This document shows, piece by piece, positions 1 to 10,568 of a DNA stretch of 64,000 bases. The position numbers were made by a program, and so were the translations under genes. The DNA is from Chlorobiaceae bacterium (GTDB lineage Bacteria; Bacteroidota; Chlorobiia; Chlorobiales; Chlorobiaceae), in the NCBI GenBank assembly GCA_013334565.1, contig JAAXXI010000008.1, positions 1,338-65,337 on the forward strand, read 5' to 3'. Each line of letters begins with the position of its first letter. The stretch's first letter is position 1. The notes below the pieces were generated by a model. The model searched no databases, was not told the DNA's origin, and saw only the letters and a program-made list of their open reading frames with translations.

Positions 1-181
1 CTCTTTTTGATTGCGCAGACCGCTCAACGACACGACGTTCAACAGTCTGTAAAAACCGAAACCAATGTATGCGCTTTGATGTCAGTATTCAAAGCGGTTT
101 GTGTTACAACTTTGTTAACAAATGCGAAAGGGAAGCAATATTATCATGGTTCGGACGAAAAAAACCGGGAACATATAAGGC

Positions 182-994
182 TCAGAGGCTGATGAAACCA
201 AGTTCCTTTATGATCTCCCTGCCTTCGGCGGTATCGGACAGTTCAACAAACTTCTGAACATAACCCGATGGCTGTCCCGCAGTATAAAAAAACAGGGGCC
301 TCGTCACCGGGTACGTATGGTTTTTGACCGTTTTCACGCTTGGGACCACACCGTCGACCGCTACCGCTTTCACTGACTGGTCGAGATAGCCAAGCCCAAG
401 AAATCCTATGGCGGACGGGGTAGCGCTTACCCTGTTCTTCACCGCGCCATTGCTCGACTGTGTTTCTGCCCTGCCGGATATCGGCACCCCCTTGCCTATG
501 ACAAGGTTCTTGAAAGCTTCCTGCGTACCGCTGTTCGATTCCCGCTGAATGACGACAATCGGAACGTCGGGGCCTCCCACCTGCCTCCAGTTCCTTATCG
601 TACCCCGGTAAATGGCGCTGATCTGTGCCCGGGAAAGCGAACTCACCGGATTTCCAGGGTAAACAACAATGGCGAGCCCGTCAAGGGCGATAACATGCGA
701 AACAGGCTCGAACCCTTTTTTCCGGGCTGCCGCAGACTCCTTGTCCTTCATTGCACGGGACATGGTTGCAATCGTACAGCTCCCGTTTATGAGGCTTTTC
801 GCTCCATTACCGCTTCCCGACTCGCTGACCGTTACCGGCACGCCGTACTTTTTCATAAAATAGGCGGCAAACGATTTCGCAATCGGCCCTACCGTCGTCG
901 AACCGTCGAGTGCTATTGCCGGGACAGCAGCCCTGGCGGCAGGAAGCATGGCAAAGAAAGAGAGAAAAACAAGACGAAAAATTCTCGATGTCAT
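182..994 (-). CDS. pstS: Phosphate ABC transporter substrate-binding protein
   Basis: Signal peptide, then LDGSTTV, SGSGNG, IALDGLAIVV, RESNSGT and YPVTRPLFFY motifs of the PstS family. Confidence 0.9.
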   Translation of the reverse strand: MTSRIFRLVFLSFFAMLPAARAAVPAIALDGSTTVGPIAKSFAAYFMKKYGVPVTVSESGSGNGAKSLINGSCTIATMSRAMKDKESAAARKKGFEPVSHVIALDGLAIVVYPGNPVSSLSRAQISAIYRGTIRNWRQVGGPDVPIVVIQRESNSGTQEAFKNLVIGKGVPISGRAETQSSNGAVKNRVSATPSAIGFLGLGYLDQSVKAVAVDGVVPSVKTVKNHTYPVTRPLFFYTAGQPSGYVQKFVELSDTAEGREIIKELGFISL

Positions 995-1219
995 GAAATA
1001 ACCGGTAATCGTTTATTATCCACGCAAGCAGGAATCCCCATACAATAAAGTACAGGCAACCCTGCACACTGCAGATCCCTGGGAGCAACGTCCCTTCTCT
1101 CACCCGCCTGCCCGGATTATCTTTCCTGCGGGTAAGATAGTCAGCGGCCGCATAACTTTGAAATATCATCTTCCTGGTCCCGGATGCTCCCGCCGCCATC
1201 AATCACGTATTTTTTATCT

Positions 1220-1248
1220 TTGACCTGACCGGAAAAAAGTATTAACTT
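1220..1248 (+). promoter_or_regulatory. Putative sigma70 promoter of the csmB-like gene
   Basis: TTGACC-17 nt-TAACTT, about 90 nt upstream of ATG 1341. Confidence 0.4.
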
Positions 1249-1340
1249 GAGCAAAGACTAATCCGCCTTACCCGGTAATTCCGATCGGCGGCAATCCAAC
1301 AGTTCTCTTTCAATCATCATTAACCAAAACGATAACTGCC

Positions 1341-1562
1341 ATGTCAAACGGAACAACAGATCTATCGGCCGGCATCAACAACCTCGCATCGACGGCCGCA
1401 AAACTTTTCCAGCAGCAGGCTGAAATGCTCACTGGTGTGCTCAGCAATGCCACACAGCTTATCGGACCATTCGGACAGGCTTCTCTCGATGCAGCCAACA
1501 GCATCCTCAGCGCTGCAAGCCAGGCTCTTCAGACCATCTCAGCCGCGATCGTCAAGAAGTAA
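1341..1562 (+). CDS. csmB: Chlorosome envelope protein, CsmB/CsmF family
   Basis: 73 aa amphipathic Ala/Ser/Leu-rich protein (MSNGTTDLSAGINNL...KLFQQQ...LQTISAAIVKK) resembling CsmB; followed by its own terminator. Confidence 0.8.
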   Translation: MSNGTTDLSAGINNLASTAAKLFQQQAEMLTGVLSNATQLIGPFGQASLDAANSILSAASQALQTISAAIVKK

Positions 1563-1584
1563 ACGGGCATTTTTCGGAAATAAG

Positions 1585-1620
1585 GCACCCTGCAAGACCA
1601 TGCAGGGTGCTTTTTTTTTT
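1585..1620 (+). terminator. Rho-independent terminator
   Basis: gcaccctgca-agacca-tgcagggtgc perfect 10-bp stem followed by T10. Confidence 0.9.
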
Positions 1621-1869
1621 GTTCTCGCCCACAAAAACTGCTGATAGAAGATGGAACCGCCACAAATATCGCTTTGTTCAGCTGGAACAGAGGCTGGAGA
1701 GATGTCCGAACGCTTTCGGAAGGAGGACTCAATCCCGGCAGGCGGAACAGTCACACTGATCCGGTTTCATGAAATAATAACAGAGGTGTTCATAAATTCA
1801 ACTTTGACCTCTGTGCTGTTTTCTTATTTTTCAGGCTGATTTTTTACGAACATTTTCTATCGACAAACC

Positions 1870-2523
1870 ATGACCGGATCCTGGAACAGCACGCAAAAGT
1901 TCAACAATGAAGCCCTTCAATGGGATGAAAATCCGCAGAGGCGCCTGATCGCAGAGGTGGTTGGAACAGCGATCGTCGAAACCGAAAAATCCGCCGGGTG
2001 GAAAAATGCGCTTGAGATCGGCTGCGGCACCGGACTGGTCTCCTTGCTGATCGCCCCGCATACAGAGAAACTGACCGCCATCGATACCTCCCGGGAAATG
2101 GTCGAAGTGCTCCGGCATAAAATTTCCGAATCCGGAATTTCAAATATCAGGATTTTCTGTTCGGACCTTGAGGCATTCACTGCAGGTGCAGAACAGGAGG
2201 ACCGGTTCGACCTGATCTATTGCAGCATGTCGCTGCACCATATACAGGATACCGGTGCGGTCATCGCCAGTTTTTCGAACCTTCTGGCCCCGGGCGGTAC
2301 GCTCGCCATCGCGGATCTCGAGCCAGAAGACGGTTCTTTTCATGACGATCCGGCAGAGAACGTCCACCATGGATTCGAACGCTCGATGCTTTCCGGGCTT
2401 TTCAGCAGGAACGGGCTCAGGGAAACTTCCTTCCGGACCATTCACATCATCAGGAAACCGGGCAGGAACAACGAGATTGCGGAATATCCCGTATTCCTCG
2501 CCACCGCATCAACCATTATCTGA
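1870..2523 (+). CDS. Class I SAM-dependent methyltransferase
   Basis: LEIGCGTG motif I, FDLIYCSMSLHH, LAPGG. Confidence 0.85.
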   Translation: MTGSWNSTQKFNNEALQWDENPQRRLIAEVVGTAIVETEKSAGWKNALEIGCGTGLVSLLIAPHTEKLTAIDTSREMVEVLRHKISESGISNIRIFCSDLEAFTAGAEQEDRFDLIYCSMSLHHIQDTGAVIASFSNLLAPGGTLAIADLEPEDGSFHDDPAENVHHGFERSMLSGLFSRNGLRETSFRTIHIIRKPGRNNEIAEYPVFLATASTII

Positions 2524-2560
2524 ACAGGCAGCTGTCCAGGCTCCATCAACAACGTTTACC

Positions 2561-3220
2561 ATGGCCTTCAACGCAGTAATTTTCGACCTCGACGGAACGC
2601 TTCTCGACACTCTCCAGGATATCGTGCAGACGTTGAACACCGTCCTTGCCCGCCGCAATTTTCCGGTGCATACCATGGAAGAATGCCGGTTCCTCGTAGG
2701 GCACGGCCTCAGGGAACTTGTCAGGAAAGCCCTGCCGGAAAACAAGGCAACGGCTGCGACCATCGACGACGTCCTCGCCGACCTGGTCGAAGTCTACAAT
2801 ATAAACTGGAATGTGCATTCACGGCCTTACTCCGGAATTCCGGAACTGCTCGACAGGCTAACGTCCCTCGGTATAAAAAAGGCCATCCTTTCAAACAAGG
2901 CCCATCACTTCACGCTGCTCTGCGCAGAAAAGCTCCTCGGAAGCTGGACGTTCGATACTGTACTGGGCTACCGGGACGGAATGGAGCCCAAACCCGATCC
3001 GCAAGGTGCTCTCTCCATTGCCGCGCTGTTGAACGAGAACCCTGCCGATATCCTTTATGTCGGAGACAGCGGCATCGACATGGTGACAGCTGCGAGCGCC
3101 GGGATGTACGGGCTTGGCGTCCTCTGGGGCTTCCGGCCGGAAAGCGAACTCGTATCGCACGGAGCGAAAAGCCTTGTGAGCCATCCGGAAGAAATTATCC
3201 GGTTTTTCGAGGCTTCATGA
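2561..3220 (+). CDS. HAD-family phosphatase (phosphoglycolate phosphatase-like)
   Basis: IFDLDGTLLD motif I, LSNK, PKPDP, VGDSGID; start set at ATG 2561 rather than the extended ORF start. Confidence 0.85.
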   Translation: MAFNAVIFDLDGTLLDTLQDIVQTLNTVLARRNFPVHTMEECRFLVGHGLRELVRKALPENKATAATIDDVLADLVEVYNINWNVHSRPYSGIPELLDRLTSLGIKKAILSNKAHHFTLLCAEKLLGSWTFDTVLGYRDGMEPKPDPQGALSIAALLNENPADILYVGDSGIDMVTAASAGMYGLGVLWGFRPESELVSHGAKSLVSHPEEIIRFFEAS

Positions 3221-3260
3221 ATCCCCCCGGGCTGTAAAAAAGCTTCAAAATGATGCCGGA

Positions 3261-4334
3261 TCAGGAAAGAAGGCGGAGGCGGGTAAACACGTAATCGAGA
3301 GAGTCTTCGTTGAGCACGATCCTGGAAAAGCCTGTCCTGCCAAGCTCTTTCGGCCGGTTGTCCCTGCTGCTGATGAATTTCCTGCTCTGTTTGCCGTTGA
3401 ACCAGTAAACGAGCCTGATTTTGTTCCCGTCGATCTCGAGGGCGGTGATGCCGCGCTTGCCGATGGTGCAGCCTGAATTGAAGACGCTTGGAATGGTAAT
3501 GTTGTTGTAGAGGCCGCTCCTGAGACCGATTTTTTTCCCCTGGCGGTAACAGGTATCGAGTTCATCCTTGAGCGCAAGGATTTTCTCCTCTATCTCTTTC
3601 CGTTTTTCGGAGTGGGCCTGCGGAAAAGCCCTGCAGAGTTCTTCTATCCGGAAATTCAGAAAATCGACCCTCGATAGGGATTCGAACAGGGGGCGATGCG
3701 TATGCCCGATGATGGATACGATTTTAGCCTGGTTAGAAAATTCGTAGATGGATTTTTCGATGGCGAACCTGCGCCTGCTGTTATAGGCAGTCGAAAAATT
3801 CCTGATGCCGGCCGGTTTAGCCACATAGCGAAGGAACAGCACGATAGCCCTGCTTACCAGGGGATAGGTCTCCCACAGCAGGATCGATGCCTGGTGGCCA
3901 TGGAACAGCAGCATCGTATCGTTGTCGTAATGGAATTTCAGCGATTCCACAAGCCATGGAGCAAGCTTGTACCCTTTCTCTTCGAGCAGGTCGGAATCGT
4001 GGTTTCCCCAGGTTTTCCAGAAAAAACCGTTTTTTTCGAACTGCAGGAAAAGATCGAAAAACGACCCCCACTGTTCCGAAATGCTTTCCAGGGGAAATTT
4101 GAGCAGTTCCTCGATATCACCGTTGAGGACGAGGCTGTATTTGCCCGGGAGGTAATATCCGGAAAGCATGGTCCGGACAAGGTCGGCATTCCTTCGGAAT
4201 TCGTCCCGCCTGCCGCCGTTACCCATATGCAAATCACTGAGAATGACTACCTTCGACGACGGGTCGAGCTGGATTGGTTTTGCTTTTTTGAGCAGACGCT
4301 CGAGGTTCGGATGCTTTTTCTGGTGAAAACTCAT
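3261..4334 (-). CDS. Calcineurin-like metallophosphoesterase
   Basis: SDLH, NGDIEE, GNHD, HGH and GHTH motifs; start uncertain (4334 or 4364). Confidence 0.8.
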   Translation of the reverse strand: MSFHQKKHPNLERLLKKAKPIQLDPSSKVVILSDLHMGNGGRRDEFRRNADLVRTMLSGYYLPGKYSLVLNGDIEELLKFPLESISEQWGSFFDLFLQFEKNGFFWKTWGNHDSDLLEEKGYKLAPWLVESLKFHYDNDTMLLFHGHQASILLWETYPLVSRAIVLFLRYVAKPAGIRNFSTAYNSRRRFAIEKSIYEFSNQAKIVSIIGHTHRPLFESLSRVDFLNFRIEELCRAFPQAHSEKRKEIEEKILALKDELDTCYRQGKKIGLRSGLYNNITIPSVFNSGCTIGKRGITALEIDGNKIRLVYWFNGKQSRKFISSRDNRPKELGRTGFSRIVLNEDSLDYVFTRLRLLS

Positions 4335-4760
4335 AGGCAATAATTGCTCACTGCGAAACATCATGGTCCGACTGTAACCGGCTTCAGGCTCCCGGCTGAA
4401 AATGGCCCCTGCCGGCTTTTCCCTGAGATTCCCGAATATATGGGATCATGACCAGCGTTGTATCCAGTCATATAACGGTTAACGACATATTGACCGTTCC
4501 GGAAGCTTCTCAATTGGTGATATACCGAAAAAAACAACGAAGCGCAAAATTCGGGGAGCAATCCTTTCTGCGGAATATGCACAGGTTTCCGTTTGCCTGT
4601 TACTGAAAGCGATCGTCTTTACGTTTTCCAGAAAGAACTTTCCCTCCGAAGGGTTATCTTTTTTTACAGAATTTTAGTACAATAAAGGATATCCGGCTCG
4701 TGGGCGGGATGAAACTGTTTTCATGTTTTTTCAATAACCACTAATCATAAGAAAAGAGCC

Positions 4761-4988
4761 ATGTCAGACTGTTCAAACTTCAACATTTCAGGCACTGTCA
4801 ACTGCCTCCTCGAAACCGCAGGCAACATCGCGAAAATCCCGGTCGATCTCCTGAACAACGGCATCAACACAGCCGTATCGATCATCCAGCCTGCAACCAA
4901 AACCGCAGCGGACCTTGCTGTGAGCGTCCTGAACACCTTCAGCCAGGTATTGCAGAACATCGCTTCGGTGATAGCTCCGAAAAACTGA
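4761..4988 (+). CDS. Second CsmB/CsmF-family chlorosome envelope protein
   Basis: 75 aa amphipathic protein ending QVLQNIASVIAPKN, similar to the CsmB C-terminus; monocistronic with terminator. Confidence 0.75.
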   Translation: MSDCSNFNISGTVNCLLETAGNIAKIPVDLLNNGINTAVSIIQPATKTAADLAVSVLNTFSQVLQNIASVIAPKN

Positions 4989-5005
4989 ACTGCCCCGGCA
5001 ACCGG

Positions 5006-5044
5006 AAAAAGCCTCCCGTTCCGTCTGGAACCGGAGGCTTTTTT
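5006..5044. terminator. Bidirectional rho-independent terminator
   Basis: aaaaagcctcccgttcc-gtct-ggaaccggaggctttttt between the convergent csm-like gene and trxB. Confidence 0.8.
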
Positions 5045-5099
5045 ATTGTTCGGCAAATGCTCAACAAACCAAAAAGGCGGAAAGACAAATGATAAGATA

Positions 5100-6035
5100 T
5101 CAGCGGATCGATTCGAGGAACCGTTCCGCATCGACTGCCGCCATGCACCCGGTTCCCACTGCCGTTACCGCCTGGCGGTAGGTGTAATCCTGGACGTCAC
5201 CGCAGGCGAAAACGCCTTTCACGCTGGTTTCCGTCGACGATTTTTTCGTGATGATGTACCCGTAATCATCGAGGTCGAGCTGCCCCCTGAAAAGCTCAGC
5301 ATTCGGCGCATGGCCGATTGCCAGAAAAACCCCGTCGCATTCATGGTCGCTCGTCTGGCCGGTTTTTACATTTTTAAGGCGCACACCGTTCACCTTCTGG
5401 CCATCCCCAAGGATTTCTTCGACAACCTCATTGAGCAACGTGCTGATTTTGGGATGTTTCATCGCCCTGAGGCTCATGATCTTAGAGGCCCTGAACTCTT
5501 CACGGCGATGCACCATGGTGACATGGGAAGCAAATTTCGTGAGGTAGAGCGCTTCTTCCATGGCCGTATCGCCGCCGCCGATCACAAAAACCCTGCACTC
5601 CTTGAAAAAGAAACCGTCACAGGTCGCACAAGCCGAAACGCCCCTGCCACGATACCGGTTTTCCGATTCGATGCCGAGCCATTTCGCGTTCGCACCTGTC
5701 GCAATGATAAGCGTTCTGGCAAGAAGTTCGCGTCCGTCCTCGAGCGAGAGTGAAAACGGGCTTCTCGAGATATCGGCTTCGACAACGTTACCGGTGATGA
5801 ATTCGGCACCGAACTTCGTAGCCTGTTCACGCATTTTCATCATCAGTTCCGGACCGGGTATTCCCTGGGGAAAACCGGGAAAATTCTCGATATCCGTCGT
5901 GATCATCAACTGGCCGCCGGGCTGATAACCTTCGATGACGAGCGGTTTGAGGTTCGCCCTGCCAAGGTAGATTGAGGCGGTATAACCTGCAGGACCGGTC
6001 CCGATAACGATGACATCGTGCAATTCAGTAGACAT
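5100..6035 (-). CDS. trxB: Thioredoxin reductase
   Basis: IGTGPAG FAD motif, CATCDG active site, GGGDTA, GVFACGDV. Confidence 0.97.
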   Translation of the reverse strand: MSTELHDVIVIGTGPAGYTASIYLGRANLKPLVIEGYQPGGQLMITTDIENFPGFPQGIPGPELMMKMREQATKFGAEFITGNVVEADISRSPFSLSLEDGRELLARTLIIATGANAKWLGIESENRYRGRGVSACATCDGFFFKECRVFVIGGGDTAMEEALYLTKFASHVTMVHRREEFRASKIMSLRAMKHPKISTLLNEVVEEILGDGQKVNGVRLKNVKTGQTSDHECDGVFLAIGHAPNAELFRGQLDLDDYGYIITKKSSTETSVKGVFACGDVQDYTYRQAVTAVGTGCMAAVDAERFLESIR

Positions 6036-6061
6036 ATGGATTCAGGATGGAATGGTGAAGG

Positions 6062-6094
6062 AAAAAAACTGACCCGTCAGGGGAACGGGTCAGT
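6062..6094 (-). terminator. Intercistronic terminator between trxA and trxB
   Basis: actgacccgt/acgggtcagt 10-bp stem with A7 on the + strand (U-tract on the - strand). Confidence 0.75.
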
Positions 6095-6111
6095 GGTACA
6101 AGAAGTAGAGG

Positions 6112-6444
6112 TCAGCCTGCGATAAACTGATCGATTTTCTTGGCGATCATGTTTTTCGGCATCGCGCCGACCATCTGATCGACAACTTCCCCATTCTTGA
6201 AAACGAGCATTGAAGGAATGCTCCTGATGCCATACTTGGCGGCGGTCTGAGGATTTTCGTCAACATTGAGTTTTGCGACGATCGCTTTTCCTTCGTAGTC
6301 TCCGGCCAATTCTTCGATAGTTGGGCCAAGCATCATGCAGGGTCCGCACCAGGCTGCCCAGAAATCGACAAGAGCCACTTTGTCAGCTTTGATAATCTCC
6401 GCTTCGAAATTCTGGTCGGTAGCCGTAAGATATTTTCCACTCAT
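6112..6444 (-). CDS. trxA: Thioredoxin
   Basis: DFWAAWCGPC active site, IRSIP. Confidence 0.97.
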   Translation of the reverse strand: MSGKYLTATDQNFEAEIIKADKVALVDFWAAWCGPCMMLGPTIEELAGDYEGKAIVAKLNVDENPQTAAKYGIRSIPSMLVFKNGEVVDQMVGAMPKNMIAKKIDQFIAG

Positions 6445-6543
6445 ATTTTCTGTGTATTTGAATTATTAATGATGACAGGAACGGGACGAAATGCAGAAAA
6501 AAAACAAAACTGAATAACTTAACTAAAAAATTCCGATAATTCC

Positions 6544-9500
6544 TCATCCCGTTATCCTGACATTGTCTGGGCCGAGAATTTCCTCAAGTTTTTCTATGGT
6601 GCTTTCTTCCGCATCGATGGGCGTACTGCGGGCGAAAAGCGTCATGGTCTCGATGTTTTCCCCCGACTGTACCTTAACCTCGAAATCGACGGGGATACCC
6701 CCCTTTTTTTCAACGCACAGCTTCTTGATTTTCGCGAGCTTTTCGATCTGAACCTGCTCGTCCGCATCGACCTTGAGTATCACTTTCCTGACCATGGTGC
6801 TTCTGACTTTCCTGATCGGAACGACTTCACGCACGAGCAGCTTCAGCATCCCCCCGGTCACCTCGGCCTCGACAACGAGCATAAGCACTTCTTCAGGTTT
6901 TATCATATGACCGAACTGCTCGTAGACACTTGCAAAAACCGTAAAATCCGCCTTACCGGTAAAATCCTCGATACTGCCGAACATCATCTGCTTCCCTTTG
7001 CGGTCCTGATAAGGCTTCACGGAAACAACGATGCCGATGACCTTGTACTGTTTCGAGGCGATAACTTCCTTCTCGTTGAGTGGAAGGGTTGCGAAAGCCT
7101 GCCAGTCACGCTTGTAGGGTGAAAGCGGATGGCGGCTCAGGTAGAAGCCGACAAGTTTTTTCTCATGCAGCAGTTTCTCCGAATCGGGCATGACGTCAGC
7201 CGGGTCCATTTCGGGAAAATGCTCTTCTTCGAGCGCACCGCCCTCTTCTGCGGTAAAAAAGCCGCACTGGCCGAGCGTTACCGAGCGATTGCGCATCTGC
7301 CCGTACTTGATTGCCTTGTCGATGTTGGCAAGCAGTTTCGCCCGATGAGGATCGAGTTCGTCCAACGCCCCGGACAGGATGAGGCATTCGAGCGCCTTGC
7401 GGTTCATGAGCCTCAGGTCCACGGATGCGGCAAGATCGAACAGGTTCTGGAAATCCCGCTTCCTGCGCATACGCGAGGTCACGACTGCCCTTGCCGCACC
7501 GCCGACCTGCTTGATGGCGCTCAATCCCACGCGGATGGCGGCGTGCCGGCCGACATCCTCGACTGAAAAAAGCGCATCGCTTTTATTGATCGAAGGCGGA
7601 AGGGTCGTGATACCGAAGGTCTTGGCCTCGTCGGTAAGATGCTTCATCCTGTCGGTATCGCCGATCTCGCTGTTCAGGATGGCCGTCATGAACTCGATGG
7701 TATAATGAGCCTTCAGGTACCCGGTCCAGTAAGCGAGCACTCCGTAAGCGGCCGAATGGCTTTTGTTGAAACCGTAACCGGCGAATTCAGCCATCAGCTC
7801 GAACACCCTTGTCGCCAGGGTATCGTGTACCCCTTTTTTGACAGCCCCCTGGACGAAATCCGATTTGAACTTCTCCATGATCTCGGGCTTCTTTTTCCCC
7901 ATGGCCTTGCGGAGGTTGTCCGCTTTCGCCATGGAAAAGCCGCCCATCACCTGCGAAATCTGCATCACCTGTTCCTGGTAGACAATGACGCCGTAAGTTT
8001 CCTTGAGAATCTCCTCCAGCATCGGATGCATGTAGTCTATCTCCTCCCTCCCATGCTTACGGTCAACGAAAAGGTCTACAGCATTGCGTTTTTCGTCGAT
8101 CCGCGCATTGAGGGCGCCGGGCCGGTAAAGCGCGCTCATAGCGATAATATCGCCGATCTGGGTTGGCTGCAGGCGGGTCATGTAGCTCTGCATGCCCGAT
8201 GATTCAAACTGGAAAATGCCCGCCATCTTGCCGTCCTGGAAAATCCGGAAGGTTTTCCTGTCGGTCATCGGGACTTTTTCAAGATCGATATCGATGCCAT
8301 GCCGTCTTTTGATCAGCCTGAGGGTTTCGTCGATGACCGCCAGTGTTTCGAGTCCGAGATAATCGATTTTAAGGAGCCCTGCCGTTTCGATCCAGTTCTT
8401 GTCGAACTGCGTCACCACCTGTTTTTCCTCGTTTTCGTCCGAAGATTTCCCTTTCGACGACTCCTCTTCGTCCAGGTCGATTTCATCCGCGAACTTCCGG
8501 ACCTCGGTTTCAATCTTGTTCGAAACATAGAGCGGGACCTGTTCTTCGAGGGGCCCGTCGGTGATGACAACCGCGCCTGCATGCATCGAAACGTTCCTGG
8601 CCCTGCCTTCCAGTGCCCGGGCATACTCCAGCAGCTGACGGTTTTCCGGGGTGCTTTCCGCATACTGCTTGAGCTCCTTCACTTCGCTCAATGCTTTTTC
8701 AATCGTCGTGCCGGGCCTGCCGGGCACAAGCTTCGCAAGGCGGTCGACGACCGGAAGAGGCACTTCAAGCACCCTGCCGGCATCGCGGATGGCGGCTTTC
8801 GCTCCAAGTGTGCCGATGGCTATAACCTTGGCAACGCTTTCGTTACCGTATTTTTCAACGGTATACTCGAGAACTTTCTGCTTCCCGACGGGCGTGAAAT
8901 CGATATCGATATCGGGCATTGAAAGCCTCTCGGGGTTCAGAAAACGCTCGAACAGCAGCTTGTACCTGAGGGGGTCGATACGGGTGATCCCGGTCAGGTA
9001 GGCGACGATGCTCCCCGCTGCCGAACCGCGGCCCGGGCCGACTGAATAGCCGAGCTTCCTCGAAGCGGCTATCAGGTCGCTGACGATAAGAAAGTAGGAG
9101 CTGAACCCCATTTTTTCGATGACACCGAGTTCGAACTCGATCCTCTCTTTCACCTCTTCCCCGGTGATTCCTTCGGCCTCACAATCCGCATATTTCTCCT
9201 TCGCGCCTTCCCACGTCAGGTACCGGAGGTACTCCGCCTCGTCCTGAAACCCTTCAGGGAGAGGAAAATGAGGGAGTACCGGTTCTTTTTCCGTAAATGC
9301 ATAGGTGCATTTTTCCGAGATCTGCAGGGTGGTTGCAAGTTCACCGTGCTCATCGCTGAACAGCATACCCATCTCGTCGGCGGTCTTCAGGTAATGGTCG
9401 TTTCCGGGAAGAGCGTTGAGGTTGGGGCTGGAAAGCTTCTCCTTGTTCCGTGTAGCAGCCATTGCCCGGTAACATCCTGAATCCTTGCGCTCAAGGTAAT

Positions 9501-10113
9501 GCACGTTGTTCGTGGCGACCAGCGGAATGCCGAACGATTCCGCGAGTGCTACGGTATCCCTGTTCAGTTTTTCATCGAACGGGATATTGTGGCGCTGCAG
9601 TTCAAGATAGAAGTTGTCGCCGAATATCTCGCGGTAGTATGCAGCGAAACGCTCGGCCTCCTTCGGGGAACCGGCAAGCAGTTCCCTGCCTATCCGGCCC
9701 GAACTGTAGGCGGAAAGGCAGATCAGTCCTTCGTTGTGCAGCTCGAGCATCCTGCTTTCGATATGCGGCATGCCGTGGACAAAACCGTCTTTCGACGCTC
9801 TCGACAACAGGATGCTCAGGTTCCTGTACCCGGCATCGTTCCGGACCAGGAGAACGAGCGACGGTGATGATCCCGGCCTGGAAGGCTGGTGCATGTCGGA
9901 TTCGAGCAGCAGCAGTTCACTTCCGATAATGAGTTTCACGCCGGCATTTTTTGCTTCGTTGAACAGCTCCGGCATGTTGAACATCGCGCAGTAATCGGTC
10001 ACCGCGATACTTTTCATGCCAAGCGAAGCGGCTGCAGAAAAAAGCTGGCCCGCAAAAATCGGGCTGCTCTGCATGGAATAGTGCGTATGGACGTGGAGAT
10101 GAACGAAATCCAT
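6544..10113 (-). CDS. dnaE: DNA polymerase III alpha subunit
   Basis: PHP domain (HLHVHTHYS), GPGRGSAAGS, PDIDIDF catalytic motif, FNKSHSAAY, C-terminal OB fold. Confidence 0.97.
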   Translation of the reverse strand: MDFVHLHVHTHYSMQSSPIFAGQLFSAAASLGMKSIAVTDYCAMFNMPELFNEAKNAGVKLIIGSELLLLESDMHQPSRPGSSPSLVLLVRNDAGYRNLSILLSRASKDGFVHGMPHIESRMLELHNEGLICLSAYSSGRIGRELLAGSPKEAERFAAYYREIFGDNFYLELQRHNIPFDEKLNRDTVALAESFGIPLVATNNVHYLERKDSGCYRAMAATRNKEKLSSPNLNALPGNDHYLKTADEMGMLFSDEHGELATTLQISEKCTYAFTEKEPVLPHFPLPEGFQDEAEYLRYLTWEGAKEKYADCEAEGITGEEVKERIEFELGVIEKMGFSSYFLIVSDLIAASRKLGYSVGPGRGSAAGSIVAYLTGITRIDPLRYKLLFERFLNPERLSMPDIDIDFTPVGKQKVLEYTVEKYGNESVAKVIAIGTLGAKAAIRDAGRVLEVPLPVVDRLAKLVPGRPGTTIEKALSEVKELKQYAESTPENRQLLEYARALEGRARNVSMHAGAVVITDGPLEEQVPLYVSNKIETEVRKFADEIDLDEEESSKGKSSDENEEKQVVTQFDKNWIETAGLLKIDYLGLETLAVIDETLRLIKRRHGIDIDLEKVPMTDRKTFRIFQDGKMAGIFQFESSGMQSYMTRLQPTQIGDIIAMSALYRPGALNARIDEKRNAVDLFVDRKHGREEIDYMHPMLEEILKETYGVIVYQEQVMQISQVMGGFSMAKADNLRKAMGKKKPEIMEKFKSDFVQGAVKKGVHDTLATRVFELMAEFAGYGFNKSHSAAYGVLAYWTGYLKAHYTIEFMTAILNSEIGDTDRMKHLTDEAKTFGITTLPPSINKSDALFSVEDVGRHAAIRVGLSAIKQVGGAARAVVTSRMRRKRDFQNLFDLAASVDLRLMNRKALECLILSGALDELDPHRAKLLANIDKAIKYGQMRNRSVTLGQCGFFTAEEGGALEEEHFPEMDPADVMPDSEKLLHEKKLVGFYLSRHPLSPYKRDWQAFATLPLNEKEVIASKQYKVIGIVVSVKPYQDRKGKQMMFGSIEDFTGKADFTVFASVYEQFGHMIKPEEVLMLVVEAEVTGGMLKLLVREVVPIRKVRSTMVRKVILKVDADEQVQIEKLAKIKKLCVEKKGGIPVDFEVKVQSGENIETMTLFARSTPIDAEESTIEKLEEILGPDNVRITG

Positions 10114-10568
10114 AAGTAAACGATGAACCTTTTAACTGCTTGCGCAGATACTTTCACAACCTCATTCGGACCGGTCAAGCCCGGTACCGGGACAAATTCC
10201 TTAAAAAATCTCAGTCATGGCCCGGCTTCAACACGCTTTTCCGGGTTCTCATGGCAACAGGCAATAAATATAATCCTTGTTCATCTGAAAAACCGGAAAC
10301 GAAACGTATTCGACAAGATTTCCTGATAAACATCGGACGGTTTTCCGCATTTCTGCGTTTCCGGAGAATACCCTTCAGGCGAAAAAAACTCTTCAGGGAA
10401 AGCAGACAGGCGGCTATCGCCGTTTTCCTCTATTGAGGCGGCAAGGGTCATTCACGCAGGGTCCAGGGCTTATTTTTCGGCAATCTCGTTCCCCCTGTTA
10501 TGGCTGTAAAGCTTTTTTTCTTATACTGTAAGAATAGCCTGCCGAAACCATTCGAATGATAATAAAAT

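Noticed and set aside
995-1220. Pho box upstream of pstS
   Set aside because: No convincing 11-bp-spaced GTCAT-type repeats seen.
2255-2560. N-terminal extension of the HAD ORF
   Set aside because: It overlaps the methyltransferase; the HAD motif begins right after ATG 2561.
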